Assembly (NCBI GenBank): GCA_037445065.1
Contig: JBBILD010000002.1
Location: 96,001 to 160,000 of the forward strand
DNA from: Myxococcales bacterium
Lineage (GTDB): Bacteria; Desulfobacterota; Binatia; HRBIN30
Reading direction: 5' to 3'
DNA length: 64,000 nt
Within the stretch, counting starts at the first letter, position 1; each line of letters starts with the position of its first letter. Positions 39,426-48,709 of the stretch are shown in pieces. Under the pieces are notes generated by a model. The model saw nothing but the letters and a program-made list of their open reading frames with translations, did not search any database and was not told where the DNA came from. The position numbers and the translations under genes were made by a program.

Positions 39426-41333
39426 TCAGCACCCGTCGAGAGCAACTCGCACCGCTGCAATCACCTCGTCCACAGTCACCGAGCCGTCACTGTTGCGGTC
39501 CCCGGCGGGACAGGCTGTGACTGGTTCTTCACCAAGTGCGATCCGAACCAAGCGGATGAGTTCTTCGATGGTCACCTGAGCAGACTGGTCGCAGTCCCCA
39601 ACACACGACAGGGTTCTTGTCGGGAGCGGAGTGGTGAGAGTGGCGGTTGGGCTGCTGGAAGTTGCGGTCGGAGGGGGCATGGTCCGGAGCGGAGTTGGAG
39701 TGGCTGAGAACGGGGTGACGGGCGGGAAGCTGGCCGTGCGAGTGGGAGAGGCGCTGGGTGAGCGGGTAGCCGAAAACGTCGGTGTGGGTGTTGGCGTACA
39801 GGGGGCAAACGAGGCAGCAGAAACTGGTACGTGAAAGAAGCGCGTGTGGCTACGGCCACGAGCGTCTTGAACCTGAACGAAGACGTAGGGACTCGGAGCG
39901 GGTGTGGGTGGAGGGGGAAGAGTCCTGGCCGGGCAGAAGCAATCCGGGACGGCGCCGGTAAGCGTGCCGTCATTGAGGAGGACGAAACCGCAATAATCCG
40001 ACCGCGTCAGACTCCAAGAATACGGCGGCTCTCCGCCGCCCACCATGAAGGAATATTGGTAGGGTTGCCCAGGAATTGCCGGAGGCAAAGTTTGTTGGCC
40101 GAGAATGGATGGCGGTACTTCGGCAGGATAGAGAAAGCGGAGACCGTCGAGGTCGTCGTCCATCAGGCGGGCGCAGCGGTCGTCGAAGTGGGCTCGCACG
40201 TACATGGTCGCAAGGCGCAAGCGGTCATTCGGCTCCGGTTCGCGCTCGGAGGAGTGAGCCAGTCCGATTGCATGACCCAGTTCGTGGGTGGCAATCTCGG
40301 CTAGGTTGCACTCGGACCACTCCGGACACGAGCCCCAACCATCGGCAAAAGTCAAGGTCGCGCAGCGGATGCGCGCGAACGTCTGGCCGAAGAAACTTTT
40401 GGTCTCCGCTTGATTGGCTCGGTACGAGGTAAGTGCCAGCACGCCGCGGCACGCAAGGGGCGGATCAATCATTCCTGCCGGATCGTCGAAAAAGATTTTG
40501 AACGGCTGGCCGCCCGGGTCCGGGCATGCCGTCCCGAAGTCTCTTGCCGCACCCCCGAAGGATAGCTGGAGACTTGCTCCTGGTTGTTCGCTCCAAGCGT
40601 TCAAGCCGGCTTGAACCGCTCGCCATGCTGCCTCCACCCCCAATGCAGCGTCGCCGCGTGGGTCGGCGAAAAACAACACCGGTTCCCCGACGTCCGGCTC
40701 GAATAAACGCCCCAGCGGCCGCGCAAGCTGAAAACGAGCCGAAGCCGATTCTTTAGGGATCAACGGCTCGGTGAGATTGACAAAGTCGGGACGCGCGTCC
40801 CGCAGGATTTGCGCGAAGGCATCCCAAGACCACTCGCTGGCTGTAGAGGGGATCATCGGGGGCACCTGCACCCGGACTTCTCCCTCGAATGGTTTCCAGA
40901 CGCGCTGAGTAGCTGTCGCGCGCGCGAGTCGGAAGATGCCGGCGCCAAGCTGCACGGGGCGCCACAGACTAGGAGCAACTTGCCGCAAGACCAGGGCGTA
41001 TGTGTTTCCAGGGATTAGGGCCGCGCCTCCTGCAACGATCTCGATTTCGTCCTGCAATGCACCGCCCAGCGTGAGCACTTCCACTTCCCGAGGAGGAACT
41101 CGGCCAACCAGCGTCTGAAGCACGGACAGGCGGGCTCGGGTCAGGAAATGGCCGTGGTGCCCGATCTCGAGGGACACGGAGAGCACGGTGCCGACGATCA
41201 CGGCGTCGCCGCTGCGCACAACGTCGTGCACTGGAATCGGTACGAAGATGGTAGCCCGCGCCATGGTAGGGAGGGCGAGAAGAGCGAACGCGCAGTACCA
41301 GCGTGCTCGCCTGGCGCGCGCGATTGTTTCCAT
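39426..41333 (-). CDS. Secreted matrixin (M10-like) metalloprotease with Ig-like domain, Pro/Thr linker and C-terminal dockerin-like domain
   Basis: Signal peptide; THELGHAIGLAHS and Met-turn ATMY; GGEPPYSW; CVGDCD...VTIEELI and GDRNSDGSVTVDEVI. Confidence 0.88.
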   Translation of the reverse strand: METIARARRARWYCAFALLALPTMARATIFVPIPVHDVVRSGDAVIVGTVLSVSLEIGHHGHFLTRARLSVLQTLVGRVPPREVEVLTLGGALQDEIEIVAGGAALIPGNTYALVLRQVAPSLWRPVQLGAGIFRLARATATQRVWKPFEGEVRVQVPPMIPSTASEWSWDAFAQILRDARPDFVNLTEPLIPKESASARFQLARPLGRLFEPDVGEPVLFFADPRGDAALGVEAAWRAVQAGLNAWSEQPGASLQLSFGGAARDFGTACPDPGGQPFKIFFDDPAGMIDPPLACRGVLALTSYRANQAETKSFFGQTFARIRCATLTFADGWGSCPEWSECNLAEIATHELGHAIGLAHSSEREPEPNDRLRLATMYVRAHFDDRCARLMDDDLDGLRFLYPAEVPPSILGQQTLPPAIPGQPYQYSFMVGGGEPPYSWSLTRSDYCGFVLLNDGTLTGAVPDCFCPARTLPPPPTPAPSPYVFVQVQDARGRSHTRFFHVPVSAASFAPCTPTPTPTFSATRSPSASPTRTASFPPVTPFSATPTPLRTMPPPTATSSSPTATLTTPLPTRTLSCVGDCDQSAQVTIEELIRLVRIALGEEPVTACPAGDRNSDGSVTVDEVIAAVRVALDGC

Positions 41334-41423
41334 GACAAACCTTCAGAACACGAAACACAATGCAAAGGAAAGCACCAAATCTCGATGCTATGGGTGCACC
41401 CACCCACACGAGGAGAGATCATC

Positions 41424-42323
41424 GTGCGAACTCCGATCGAGCACCGCTTCGTCCTTGCAAACCAGCTACGCTTTCACCTAGCGGAGTGCGGCGCAGGAGA
41501 GCGCTTCGCGTTGTGTCTGCATGGGTTTCCCGAGTGTTGGTATTCGTGGCGGTACCAGTTGCCGATCTTGGCGGAGGCGGGATACCGGGCTTGGGCACCG
41601 GACCTGCGTGGCTACGGAGAGACCGAACGGCCGCTGCGGATGCAAGATTACGCGATCGAGTACCTGTTGGAAGACGTGCGCGGTTTGATCGCGGCCTCGG
41701 GTAGCCAGCGAGCGCTGTTGATCGGACACGACTGGGGCGCCGTGATCGCTTGGTATTTCGCCATGCGACACCCCGAGCTTTTGCGTGGACTTGTGATCAT
41801 GAACGTACCGCACCCGGCGCTCATGGAGCGGGCTATCTGGGGCCGGCAACTGCTGCGGTCGTGGTATGCCCTGTTTTTTCAGCTTCCCTGGTTACCCGAA
41901 ATGCTGCTGGCGGCCGGGGACTATCGGGCGATTCGCCAGGCCTTCGTTGGGATGGCGGTGGACAAGAGCCGCTTCCCGCAGGAGGTATTGCAAGTTTATC
42001 GAGATCAGGCGGCCCGACCCGGAGCGCTCACTGCCATGCTGAACTATTATCGCGCTCTGCTACGCGGTGGCGGCGCTCAGCGGCAGCGCCGTTTGGGGTA
42101 CCCGCGCATTGACACCCCCACGTTAATGATCTGGGGCGAGCGAGACGCAGCTTTGGGAAAAGAAACCACGTACGGTACGGAGCGCTTTGTGACTGATTTG
42201 ACGCTCCACTACTTGCCCAACGTGTCGCATTGGGTACAGCAGGAGGCGCCGGAAGAAGTGAACCGCTTGCTCTGGCAATGGTTGCAACGGCTCGATGCGC
42301 AGGCTCGGGGCTCAGCGCAATAA
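41424..42323 (+). CDS. Alpha/beta hydrolase, epoxide hydrolase-like
   Basis: HGFPE, PDLRGYG, GHDWG, NYYR, SHWVQQE; AGGAG SD + GTG. Confidence 0.92.
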   Translation: MRTPIEHRFVLANQLRFHLAECGAGERFALCLHGFPECWYSWRYQLPILAEAGYRAWAPDLRGYGETERPLRMQDYAIEYLLEDVRGLIAASGSQRALLIGHDWGAVIAWYFAMRHPELLRGLVIMNVPHPALMERAIWGRQLLRSWYALFFQLPWLPEMLLAAGDYRAIRQAFVGMAVDKSRFPQEVLQVYRDQAARPGALTAMLNYYRALLRGGGAQRQRRLGYPRIDTPTLMIWGERDAALGKETTYGTERFVTDLTLHYLPNVSHWVQQEAPEEVNRLLWQWLQRLDAQARGSAQ

Positions 42324-43583
42324 CAAGACCTCGACCGGGCTTCCTGCTTCGAGACCCTCGGCGTGTGCGGGGATCCGGATGAGGCCGTCGGCATGGATCA
42401 GGTTGAACACCGAAGCCGATTTGCCGGGCACTGGCACCGCAACACAGGTCCCTTCCTGCTCGTGCAAGCGCACCCGGACGTAATCTTCCCGGCCCGGTTG
42501 CGAGGGAACCCCCTGAGCCAGAACCGCGCTGGTGCGGGCACGCCAGCGAAAGGCAAACTCGGGGCGCTCGCCGCCGAGAATCCGCAAGAAGGGCGCTCCG
42601 AAAATTTGGAAAATCACGAGCGCTGATTGGGGATGGCCGGGCAGGCCCAGAACCGGCTTGCCCGAACAGAGCGCAAAGAGCGTCGGCTTTCCGGGCGCTA
42701 CCGAGATTCCATGGAAGCGTACTTTTGAACGGGGGAAGGACATCAGAACGGCAAGCGCTACGTCTTTTGCGCCCACAGAGCTGCCTCCCGATAACAGCAC
42801 GGCGTCATGGTGAACGATGGCTTCCGCGAGCGCACCGCGAAGCGCCGGTGCAGAGTCTCGAACGATGCCGAGGTTTGTTACCTCGGCTCCTTCCTGCTCG
42901 ATCATCGCAAGCAAAGAGCATTCGTTTACGTTCCGCACTTGGCCGGGACGGGGCCGCACTTCCGGGGGAACGATCTCGTCCCCTGTGCAGAGGAGGGCGA
43001 CACGTGGCCGCCGGAAGACGCGCATCCGTGTGATGCCAACGCCGGTGAGGGCACCCAGATCGATGGGGCGCAGCCGGTAGCCGACTTCGAACAGCAACGT
43101 GCCGCGGCGAACATCTTCGCCGACGCGCTGTACGTTCTCCCACGGGGCCACGCTGCGCCGCACCTCTAAAAGTCCGTCTGGCGTCTCTTCTGTGTACTCA
43201 ACCATCACCACTGCATCGGCTTCGGGTGGCAGCATTCCCCCAGTGGCAATGCGGGCCGCACATGCAGGGGGGAGTGGGTCACGAGCCTCTTGCCCCATTT
43301 CAATCGTGCCCACCAGCCGAAGGTACGCTGGCTGGCTCTCCGAGGCCCCGAAGGTATCCGCGGAGCGAACCGCGTAGCCGTCCATGACCGCGCGATCGAA
43401 GTGAGGTAGGTCAATGGGGCTGGCTACCTTGCGAGCCAAGACCCGGCCAGCTGCCTGCGCTACAGCGACGCTCTCGGTGCCCACCGGGCGAATCTCTGCC
43501 AGCCGCGCGCGCGCTTCCTCGCTGCTAACGACCCGGAAGAAACCTTTGTGCGGCTGGGTCGGCGTTGTATGCGCTTTGAGCAT
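42312..43583 (-). CDS. moeA: Molybdopterin molybdotransferase MoeA (gephyrin-like)
   Basis: MDGYAV, TGGMLP, TGDEI, SGGSSVG..D, PGKPT, LPGHP. Confidence 0.93.
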   Translation of the reverse strand: MLKAHTTPTQPHKGFFRVVSSEEARARLAEIRPVGTESVAVAQAAGRVLARKVASPIDLPHFDRAVMDGYAVRSADTFGASESQPAYLRLVGTIEMGQEARDPLPPACAARIATGGMLPPEADAVVMVEYTEETPDGLLEVRRSVAPWENVQRVGEDVRRGTLLFEVGYRLRPIDLGALTGVGITRMRVFRRPRVALLCTGDEIVPPEVRPRPGQVRNVNECSLLAMIEQEGAEVTNLGIVRDSAPALRGALAEAIVHHDAVLLSGGSSVGAKDVALAVLMSFPRSKVRFHGISVAPGKPTLFALCSGKPVLGLPGHPQSALVIFQIFGAPFLRILGGERPEFAFRWRARTSAVLAQGVPSQPGREDYVRVRLHEQEGTCVAVPVPGKSASVFNLIHADGLIRIPAHAEGLEAGSPVEVLLLR

Positions 43584-43589
43584 CTCCCG

Positions 43590-44474
43590 TTATCCGGTTC
43601 GGGGGTTGGTAGTTTGCTTGGCCGCCGCACTCCGTGCCCGCTGCGCCGAGACGGTGTTCGCGACGGGCAGCCGGATATGCGCCAGACAGGGAAGTTCGGC
43701 CCGAACTCGCATGACGTGCTCCAGGTCTACCTCTCCGATGACCACACATTCCTCGTCGCGAGCCTGCCCGACCACGACACCCCAGGGGTCCACGATCGCC
43801 GAGTGCCCGAAACTCGGAACGCCTCCTTCGCCCTTCCCGATCTGATTCGGGGCAATCACGTACACTTGGTTTTCCACAGCTCGGGCGCGGAGCAACACCT
43901 CCCAGTGCGCCGCCCCGGTGAAGAAAGTGAAGGCGCTCGGCAAAGCGATGATCTCTGCCCCCTGGAGGGTTAAGGCGCGGAACAATTCCGGGAAGCGCAA
44001 GTCGTAACAAATGGTCAGGCCAATGGTCCCCAACTCGGTTTCGACGATGACGATCTGGTCTCCGGCCTGGCGACGGGCCGACTCGAGGATCTCGACTCGA
44101 CCCGGGATAGCAACGTCGAATAAGTGGATTTTGCGGTACTTCGCCAGGATTTGACCGCGAGGGTCAATCAAGACGCTGGTATTGAACGGGCGCTGGCCCG
44201 CATTGTGTTCCAGGATCGAACCAGCAACGATGTACACGGCGAACTGCCGCGCAAGAGAACAGATGCGCTCTGTCGTAGGCCCGGGGATGGGCTCCGCCGC
44301 CGTCGCTTCAGCTTCCGGTTGACCGCGCCAGAAAAACAGCTCTGGCAGGGTAACCAGAGCCGCTCCCCTGCGGGCTGCCTGCTCGATGTAAGAACCCGCC
44401 CGGCGCAAGTTCTCCCCCTTGTCAGCAGAGGCGTTCATTTGCACCGCGGCAGCCAAGAAGCGACGCGCTGGCAT
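43590..44474 (-). CDS. Carbon-nitrogen hydrolase (Nit1-like amidase)
   Basis: Glu-Lys-Cys triad in LPE, YRKIHLFD and ICYDLRFPE; TGAAHWEVLLRARAVENQ. Confidence 0.92.
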   Translation of the reverse strand: MPARRFLAAAVQMNASADKGENLRRAGSYIEQAARRGAALVTLPELFFWRGQPEAEATAAEPIPGPTTERICSLARQFAVYIVAGSILEHNAGQRPFNTSVLIDPRGQILAKYRKIHLFDVAIPGRVEILESARRQAGDQIVIVETELGTIGLTICYDLRFPELFRALTLQGAEIIALPSAFTFFTGAAHWEVLLRARAVENQVYVIAPNQIGKGEGGVPSFGHSAIVDPWGVVVGQARDEECVVIGEVDLEHVMRVRAELPCLAHIRLPVANTVSAQRARSAAAKQTTNPRTG

Positions 44475-44593
44475 CGAGCGCAAACCTACAGAGGAGCGAA
44501 CGCCTTAGCAATGCGTTCGCCGTGCCCGCGAAGTGCATTGCTTGCGTTCAGGCTCATGTGTTAGCTGCTAACCTCAGCTCAAGGCCGTTCATC

Positions 44594-45220
44594 ATGCCGC
44601 GCGTGATCAAGCGATACGGGAACCGCAAACTCTACGACACCGAGACCAGCCGGTATGTCACGCTGGATGGCGTGGCAGACCTAGTGCGGGCTGGTGAGGA
44701 TGTACGTGTGGTGGACAACGACACGGGCGAGGATTTGACCGCTGTGACCTTCGCCCAGATCATCTTCGAGCAGCAAAAAAAGCCGCGCCCGTTGCTCCAA
44801 CTACCGGTACTGCGTTGGTTGATCCAACAGGGTGGCGAAGCGCTGCACGAACTGCGTTCGAGCGTCGAGAAGGGGCGGGAGGCGATCGAAGAGTTGGCGC
44901 AGCGGGGCGTGCGCCAATTGACGGGTGTCGGAGGCCGGAAAGGCAACCGGGGCGGGGAAGCTTGGTTTGAATCGCCGCAGCGGCAGCTCGAGGAATTACA
45001 GCATCGAATTGACCAGCGAGTACGGCAGTCCTTGGAACGATTTGCCGCTCAGCCCGCGGTGCAAAAAGAGCTGCGGCGCGTGGAGCGAGGGCTCCGCGCT
45101 TTGGAAAAGCAGTTACACGCGCTGCTTTTGCGGCAGCAAGGGAATCAGAGGAAGAAGGTGCGAGCCGCGGCGAAGCGGAAAAAAGCGCGGGTTGCGAAGA
45201 GCCAAGCTGCGAGGGCGTAG
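44594..45220 (+). CDS. PhaR-like PHA synthesis regulator DNA-binding domain protein
   Basis: IKRYGNRKLYDTETSRYVTL, VVDNDTGEDLT...AQII; coiled-coil and basic C-terminus. Confidence 0.85.
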   Translation: MPRVIKRYGNRKLYDTETSRYVTLDGVADLVRAGEDVRVVDNDTGEDLTAVTFAQIIFEQQKKPRPLLQLPVLRWLIQQGGEALHELRSSVEKGREAIEELAQRGVRQLTGVGGRKGNRGGEAWFESPQRQLEELQHRIDQRVRQSLERFAAQPAVQKELRRVERGLRALEKQLHALLLRQQGNQRKKVRAAAKRKKARVAKSQAARA

Positions 45221-45239
45221 GGCGACGTCAGGAGGCAGC

Positions 45240-45515
45240 ATGCGGCTACGACCGGAGCAAATGGACGCTCTCGCGCGGGAGATTGTGGAGTCGTTGGTTC
45301 AGAAAGGGTTCGTGCGCCCCGCGGCTGAGGAAAAGGTTCTACAAAATATGGTCGCTCGGGTCCTGATGCAAAATCTCGAAGAAGAAGCGGCGCTGGAAGC
45401 AGAGGCAGAGCAGATGGCCGAGAAGTACTTGCGCGGCAACCCGGAACTCGACCGGCGCAAACTCGTGCAAGGGATCAAGGCACGCCTTGCGGAGGAACGC
45501 GGCTTCGTTCTGTAG
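45240..45515 (+). CDS. DUF507 family protein
   Basis: AGGAGG SD; MRLRPEQM...EAALEAEA...IKARLAEERGFVL. Confidence 0.8.
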   Translation: MRLRPEQMDALAREIVESLVQKGFVRPAAEEKVLQNMVARVLMQNLEEEAALEAEAEQMAEKYLRGNPELDRRKLVQGIKARLAEERGFVL

Positions 45516-45525
45516 GTACTTGGAG

Positions 45526-45798
45526 ATGCAGTTCTCGGAGGGACGCAGGTCGTACTTGGCTCACCGGATCCTGGATGTTCTCAAGCGGGAAGGCTTGGTG
45601 GTGGTGGAAAACGAGCGGCAAGCGCTGGCAGAGATCAAGCGGGTATTCGAACGGGAAGAGCAGCTCGACGCGCAAGTGGACGCCTTGGTCCGAAAGAAAA
45701 TCAGCTCCCTGTCGCGTCCCGTGCCGGTAGGAAGCCGCGAGTGGCAGGTACTTTACCGGCAGTATTACGAACAGGAAATGCGCCGACGCCGGCGCTGA
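45526..45798 (+). CDS. DUF507 family protein (second type)
   Basis: SEGRRSYLAH...VRKKISSLSR..PVGSREWQVLYRQYYEQEM. Confidence 0.8.
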   Translation: MQFSEGRRSYLAHRILDVLKREGLVVVENERQALAEIKRVFEREEQLDAQVDALVRKKISSLSRPVPVGSREWQVLYRQYYEQEMRRRRR

Positions 45799-46010
45799 CT
45801 TGGGGAATTCGGGACCACAGGGGCCGACCGCACCAGTGAGAGCCTGCTGCGGTCGGAAAACGGCTTTCGCCGATGCCCACTCGGGGAGGTTAGGGCTGCA
45901 TGGTCCTGGCGGTATCCGGAACGGGGCGCTCGCGCTTGACTTCCGCTTCAAATTCTGGCAGCCGGCCCCCAACCGCCTTCGTGATAGGCGGACGAGGAAG
46001 GGGAGGGTCT

Positions 46011-47018
46011 ACGAAGAAGCCGAGATGGACAACTGTTGTGTGGATTCTGGCGGGAGCAGTCGTGCTCTGTGCCGGGCGAGTATCGGCGCAGCCGTGTATG
46101 ATTTTTGTGCACGGCAAGCAGACGAATACCGACACGTACACAAACTGGTCCGTTGCGCGGAATTACTGGAAGACGAGCAGCACCGATTTCGTGAAGACGG
46201 CGACTAAGAACTTCGCCGCAAGTTATTACGTGGTCGGTTACAAGGGAAACGACCCGTACTGGGGAGCCGGGGCCGCCGACGAAGTCGCCAACGAAATTAT
46301 CAATGCCACCAACGGTGGTGCTGACGGTGGAGGGAACCGCTGCGCACGCACGTACGCGAACGGGGGGACATTTTGGGTCATCGCGCACAGCATGGGCGGC
46401 ACGATTATGGACTTCATTCTGGGCAACAGCCGTTCCACCGATCCGAACTACAAGTCCATTTACGGCACGGTCGGACAGCGAATCAGCCGGGTGATCGCAG
46501 TCAGTGGTGCTCACCGGGGTTCTCAGGGAGCGGACGCGGTGTGCGGCAACAGCTCTTTGTTGTGCAATTTCATCGCACGGTTCATTCAGAGCTGCGACAC
46601 CGCCACGTACTGGCTCCGCAGCGCAGACGATGTGCAGGTGCGTACGTATTCGAACGCCCCGTCGAAGAACGTGTACCTCGTCGGCGGCTACCAGGCGATC
46701 TTTGGTGCCAGCGCCTGCTTGAGTGGGGAAGATGACGGCATCGTTCAGTACGCCTCCATTTATGCCTGCAACGGAAGCGCAACGGCAGGCTACGATAACA
46801 GCAACGTTTGCGGCAACAGCTATAAGCAGGAGGCCTCAGGGTTCCGGAACTTGGACGCGGGGTATGAGAACCACGACAACATCCGTAACGACTCCCGTTA
46901 CAGCACGCGCAAGCAGATTCCGGACGGTGTGTGGTACTGTGGCAGCTCTCCCTGCGCGCCGAACACCAGCGTGCAGAGTTCTATGTCGACCGCGAAATTT
47001 ATCACCTTGCTTTACTAA
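46011..47018 (+). CDS. Secreted Cys-rich lipase/esterase-like alpha/beta hydrolase (start uncertain)
   Basis: Signal peptide KKPRWTTVVWILAGAVVLCAGRVSA-Q; IFVHG, IAHSMGG nucleophile elbow, HRGS, DDGIV, NHD. Confidence 0.8.
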   Translation, partial: TKKPRWTTVVWILAGAVVLCAGRVSAQPCMIFVHGKQTNTDTYTNWSVARNYWKTSSTDFVKTATKNFAASYYVVGYKGNDPYWGAGAADEVANEIINATNGGADGGGNRCARTYANGGTFWVIAHSMGGTIMDFILGNSRSTDPNYKSIYGTVGQRISRVIAVSGAHRGSQGADAVCGNSSLLCNFIARFIQSCDTATYWLRSADDVQVRTYSNAPSKNVYLVGGYQAIFGASACLSGEDDGIVQYASIYACNGSATAGYDNSNVCGNSYKQEASGFRNLDAGYENHDNIRNDSRYSTRKQIPDGVWYCGSSPCAPNTSVQSSMSTAKFITLLY

Positions 47019-47051
47019 GGTCGCTTTGTTCCAGACGTGGAATCCATGTAC

Positions 47052-47090
47052 GCGGAGGGCGTGGCTTTTTGCTGCGCCCTCCGCTGTTTT
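47052..47090 (+). terminator. Rho-independent terminator-like hairpin
   Basis: GCGGAGGGCGTGGC-TTTTT-GCTGCGCCCTCCGC followed by TGTTTT. Confidence 0.65.
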
Positions 47091-47147
47091 CCGGGGTAGA
47101 AGTAACCGCCGTTCGCCGAGGTCTCTGACAGCGAGAAACCCTAGGCA

Positions 47148-48380
47148 ATGAGAGAGCGACGGTCTGGAGGGTGGAAACGGGGGGCCTTGCTGCTTGTCAC
47201 GCTGGGAGTCGGGACCGGTGTGCTGCTTTGGTTTCGGGGAAGAACGCCTGAGGTGGGGAGGTTGGCGCACTCTGCCGAACGTACGGAGCGGCCGACCCAG
47301 AGGGTGCAGGCGCAATCCAGCAGCGTTCCGCCATCGTTAGGCGAAGGCATCGGTGCGAGCCGAGAGCAGCCTTCTCCGACGGCGCAGGTGCAGCAGGAAT
47401 CCGATGAGGAGGAAATCTTCGACCCGCGCGCCGCGATTGCGTTGACCCAAGAGCTGATCGAGGACTACAGACGGCGGAGCGAGTTTCCCCCCGAATCGCG
47501 CCCCATCGAGAGTGGCCAGGACCCGATTTTGGCGGAGCGAGAGGTGTCCCCCATCGAGGCAGGAGGGCCCGAGGGCGAGGATCCGGTGCTGACGGTTTTC
47601 TCCGGGCAGCTCGTGTTCGAAGAGCCGGACAGCGTTCTGGTGTATGCTTATCTCACGGCCCAAGGAGAGAAGGTTCCAACTCAGTCCATTACGGGAATCC
47701 TGATGAGTGAAGCACTCCAAGAAGTCGGAACATTCGACTTTCGTGACGATGGGCAGGACGGAGACGCACAAGCTGGCGATGCGGTTTATACAGCGCGGAT
47801 CGAGCCGCCCGCCGGGGAGGAGGTTGCGGTATCGTACCTGGTCCGAGTGGTGGCGGTTTCCCTCGATGGACTGGAGCGGCGAGCGGGTACGAGTTTCCAG
47901 TATAGCCGGCCCGGGGCGCGGCTCACTGGAAATTTCCGTGACCATGTCGAAAACGGTAGCGTCGTGATCGAAGTGGAATTGGATGTGCAAAGGGGTGGAG
48001 CGTTCCATTTGTCGGGGACGTTGTACGATTCGGGAGGGCGTCCCGTGGGAGTGGCGCAGAACCGCAAGGAGCTGGAAGCAGGACAGCATTGGATCCCTTT
48101 GCTGTACTACGGTCGAATGTTTCATCCCGACGAACGGACCGGTCGCCCGGCGGCTACCGGGCCATTCCAACTGCGCTTCGTTTCGCTGCTGAACGCCACC
48201 AACATGCCGAACGCGCTCAGTCGCTTGTGGGAGCCCAATTATTGGACGCGCGCATATTCGGGCGCGGAGTTCACCGCGGAGCCGTTCAACGATCCCTTTT
48301 ACCTAGAAGCCATTGCCCGCGAGGAGAAGGAACTCGAGCGCTTACAAGCGTTGGCCGCCCAGGGTGACAAGGAGCCATGA
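47148..48380 (+). CDS. Membrane-anchored Ig-like protein (choice-of-anchor X / DUF4785-like)
   Basis: N-terminal TM; FRDDGQDGDAQAGDAVYTA; beta-rich C-terminus with FHLSGTLYD...AQ...LEAG. Confidence 0.6.
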   Translation: MRERRSGGWKRGALLLVTLGVGTGVLLWFRGRTPEVGRLAHSAERTERPTQRVQAQSSSVPPSLGEGIGASREQPSPTAQVQQESDEEEIFDPRAAIALTQELIEDYRRRSEFPPESRPIESGQDPILAEREVSPIEAGGPEGEDPVLTVFSGQLVFEEPDSVLVYAYLTAQGEKVPTQSITGILMSEALQEVGTFDFRDDGQDGDAQAGDAVYTARIEPPAGEEVAVSYLVRVVAVSLDGLERRAGTSFQYSRPGARLTGNFRDHVENGSVVIEVELDVQRGGAFHLSGTLYDSGGRPVGVAQNRKELEAGQHWIPLLYYGRMFHPDERTGRPAATGPFQLRFVSLLNATNMPNALSRLWEPNYWTRAYSGAEFTAEPFNDPFYLEAIAREEKELERLQALAAQGDKEP

Positions 48381-48709
48381 GCAGCCGCGGCGACTCGCGT
48401 GATCAGCGGGGCCATCGGGAAGCCGCACCTTCGCGTAGGGCGTGGCTTCTCCTACCACAACCGGTTGGAACCCTGGGCTACCTTTTGCTCATGCGCATGG
48501 AGGTTTTCGCGCCGCGAGTCGAGATCGTACTCGCCTTGGCGGTCTTTCCGCTTGTCTGTCTCGCCTCCCTCTGGCGGGCCCGTGCCGCGGTAAGCCGAGC
48601 GAGGATCGGTTGCCTGGCGGCACTTGCGCTCGGAGAGATCGTTGCCGCCTTGATGGCTGCGCAGTTGGTGCGGATTGCGGCGGCGTGGAGGCTGGCAGGG
48701 GCGCAGTGA
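48377..48709 (+). CDS. Small hypothetical membrane protein (about 3 TM)
   Basis: AAGGAG SD, ATGA overlap with the upstream gene, hydrophobic segments. Confidence 0.6.
   Translation: MSSRGDSRDQRGHREAAPSRRAWLLLPQPVGTLGYLLLMRMEVFAPRVEIVLALAVFPLVCLASLWRARAAVSRARIGCLAALALGEIVAALMAAQLVRIAAAWRLAGAQ

Noticed and set aside
41358..41382. Sigma54-like TTGG...TTGCA upstream of the matrixin gene (minus strand)
   Set aside because: GG-to-GC spacing is 11 nt rather than the required 10.
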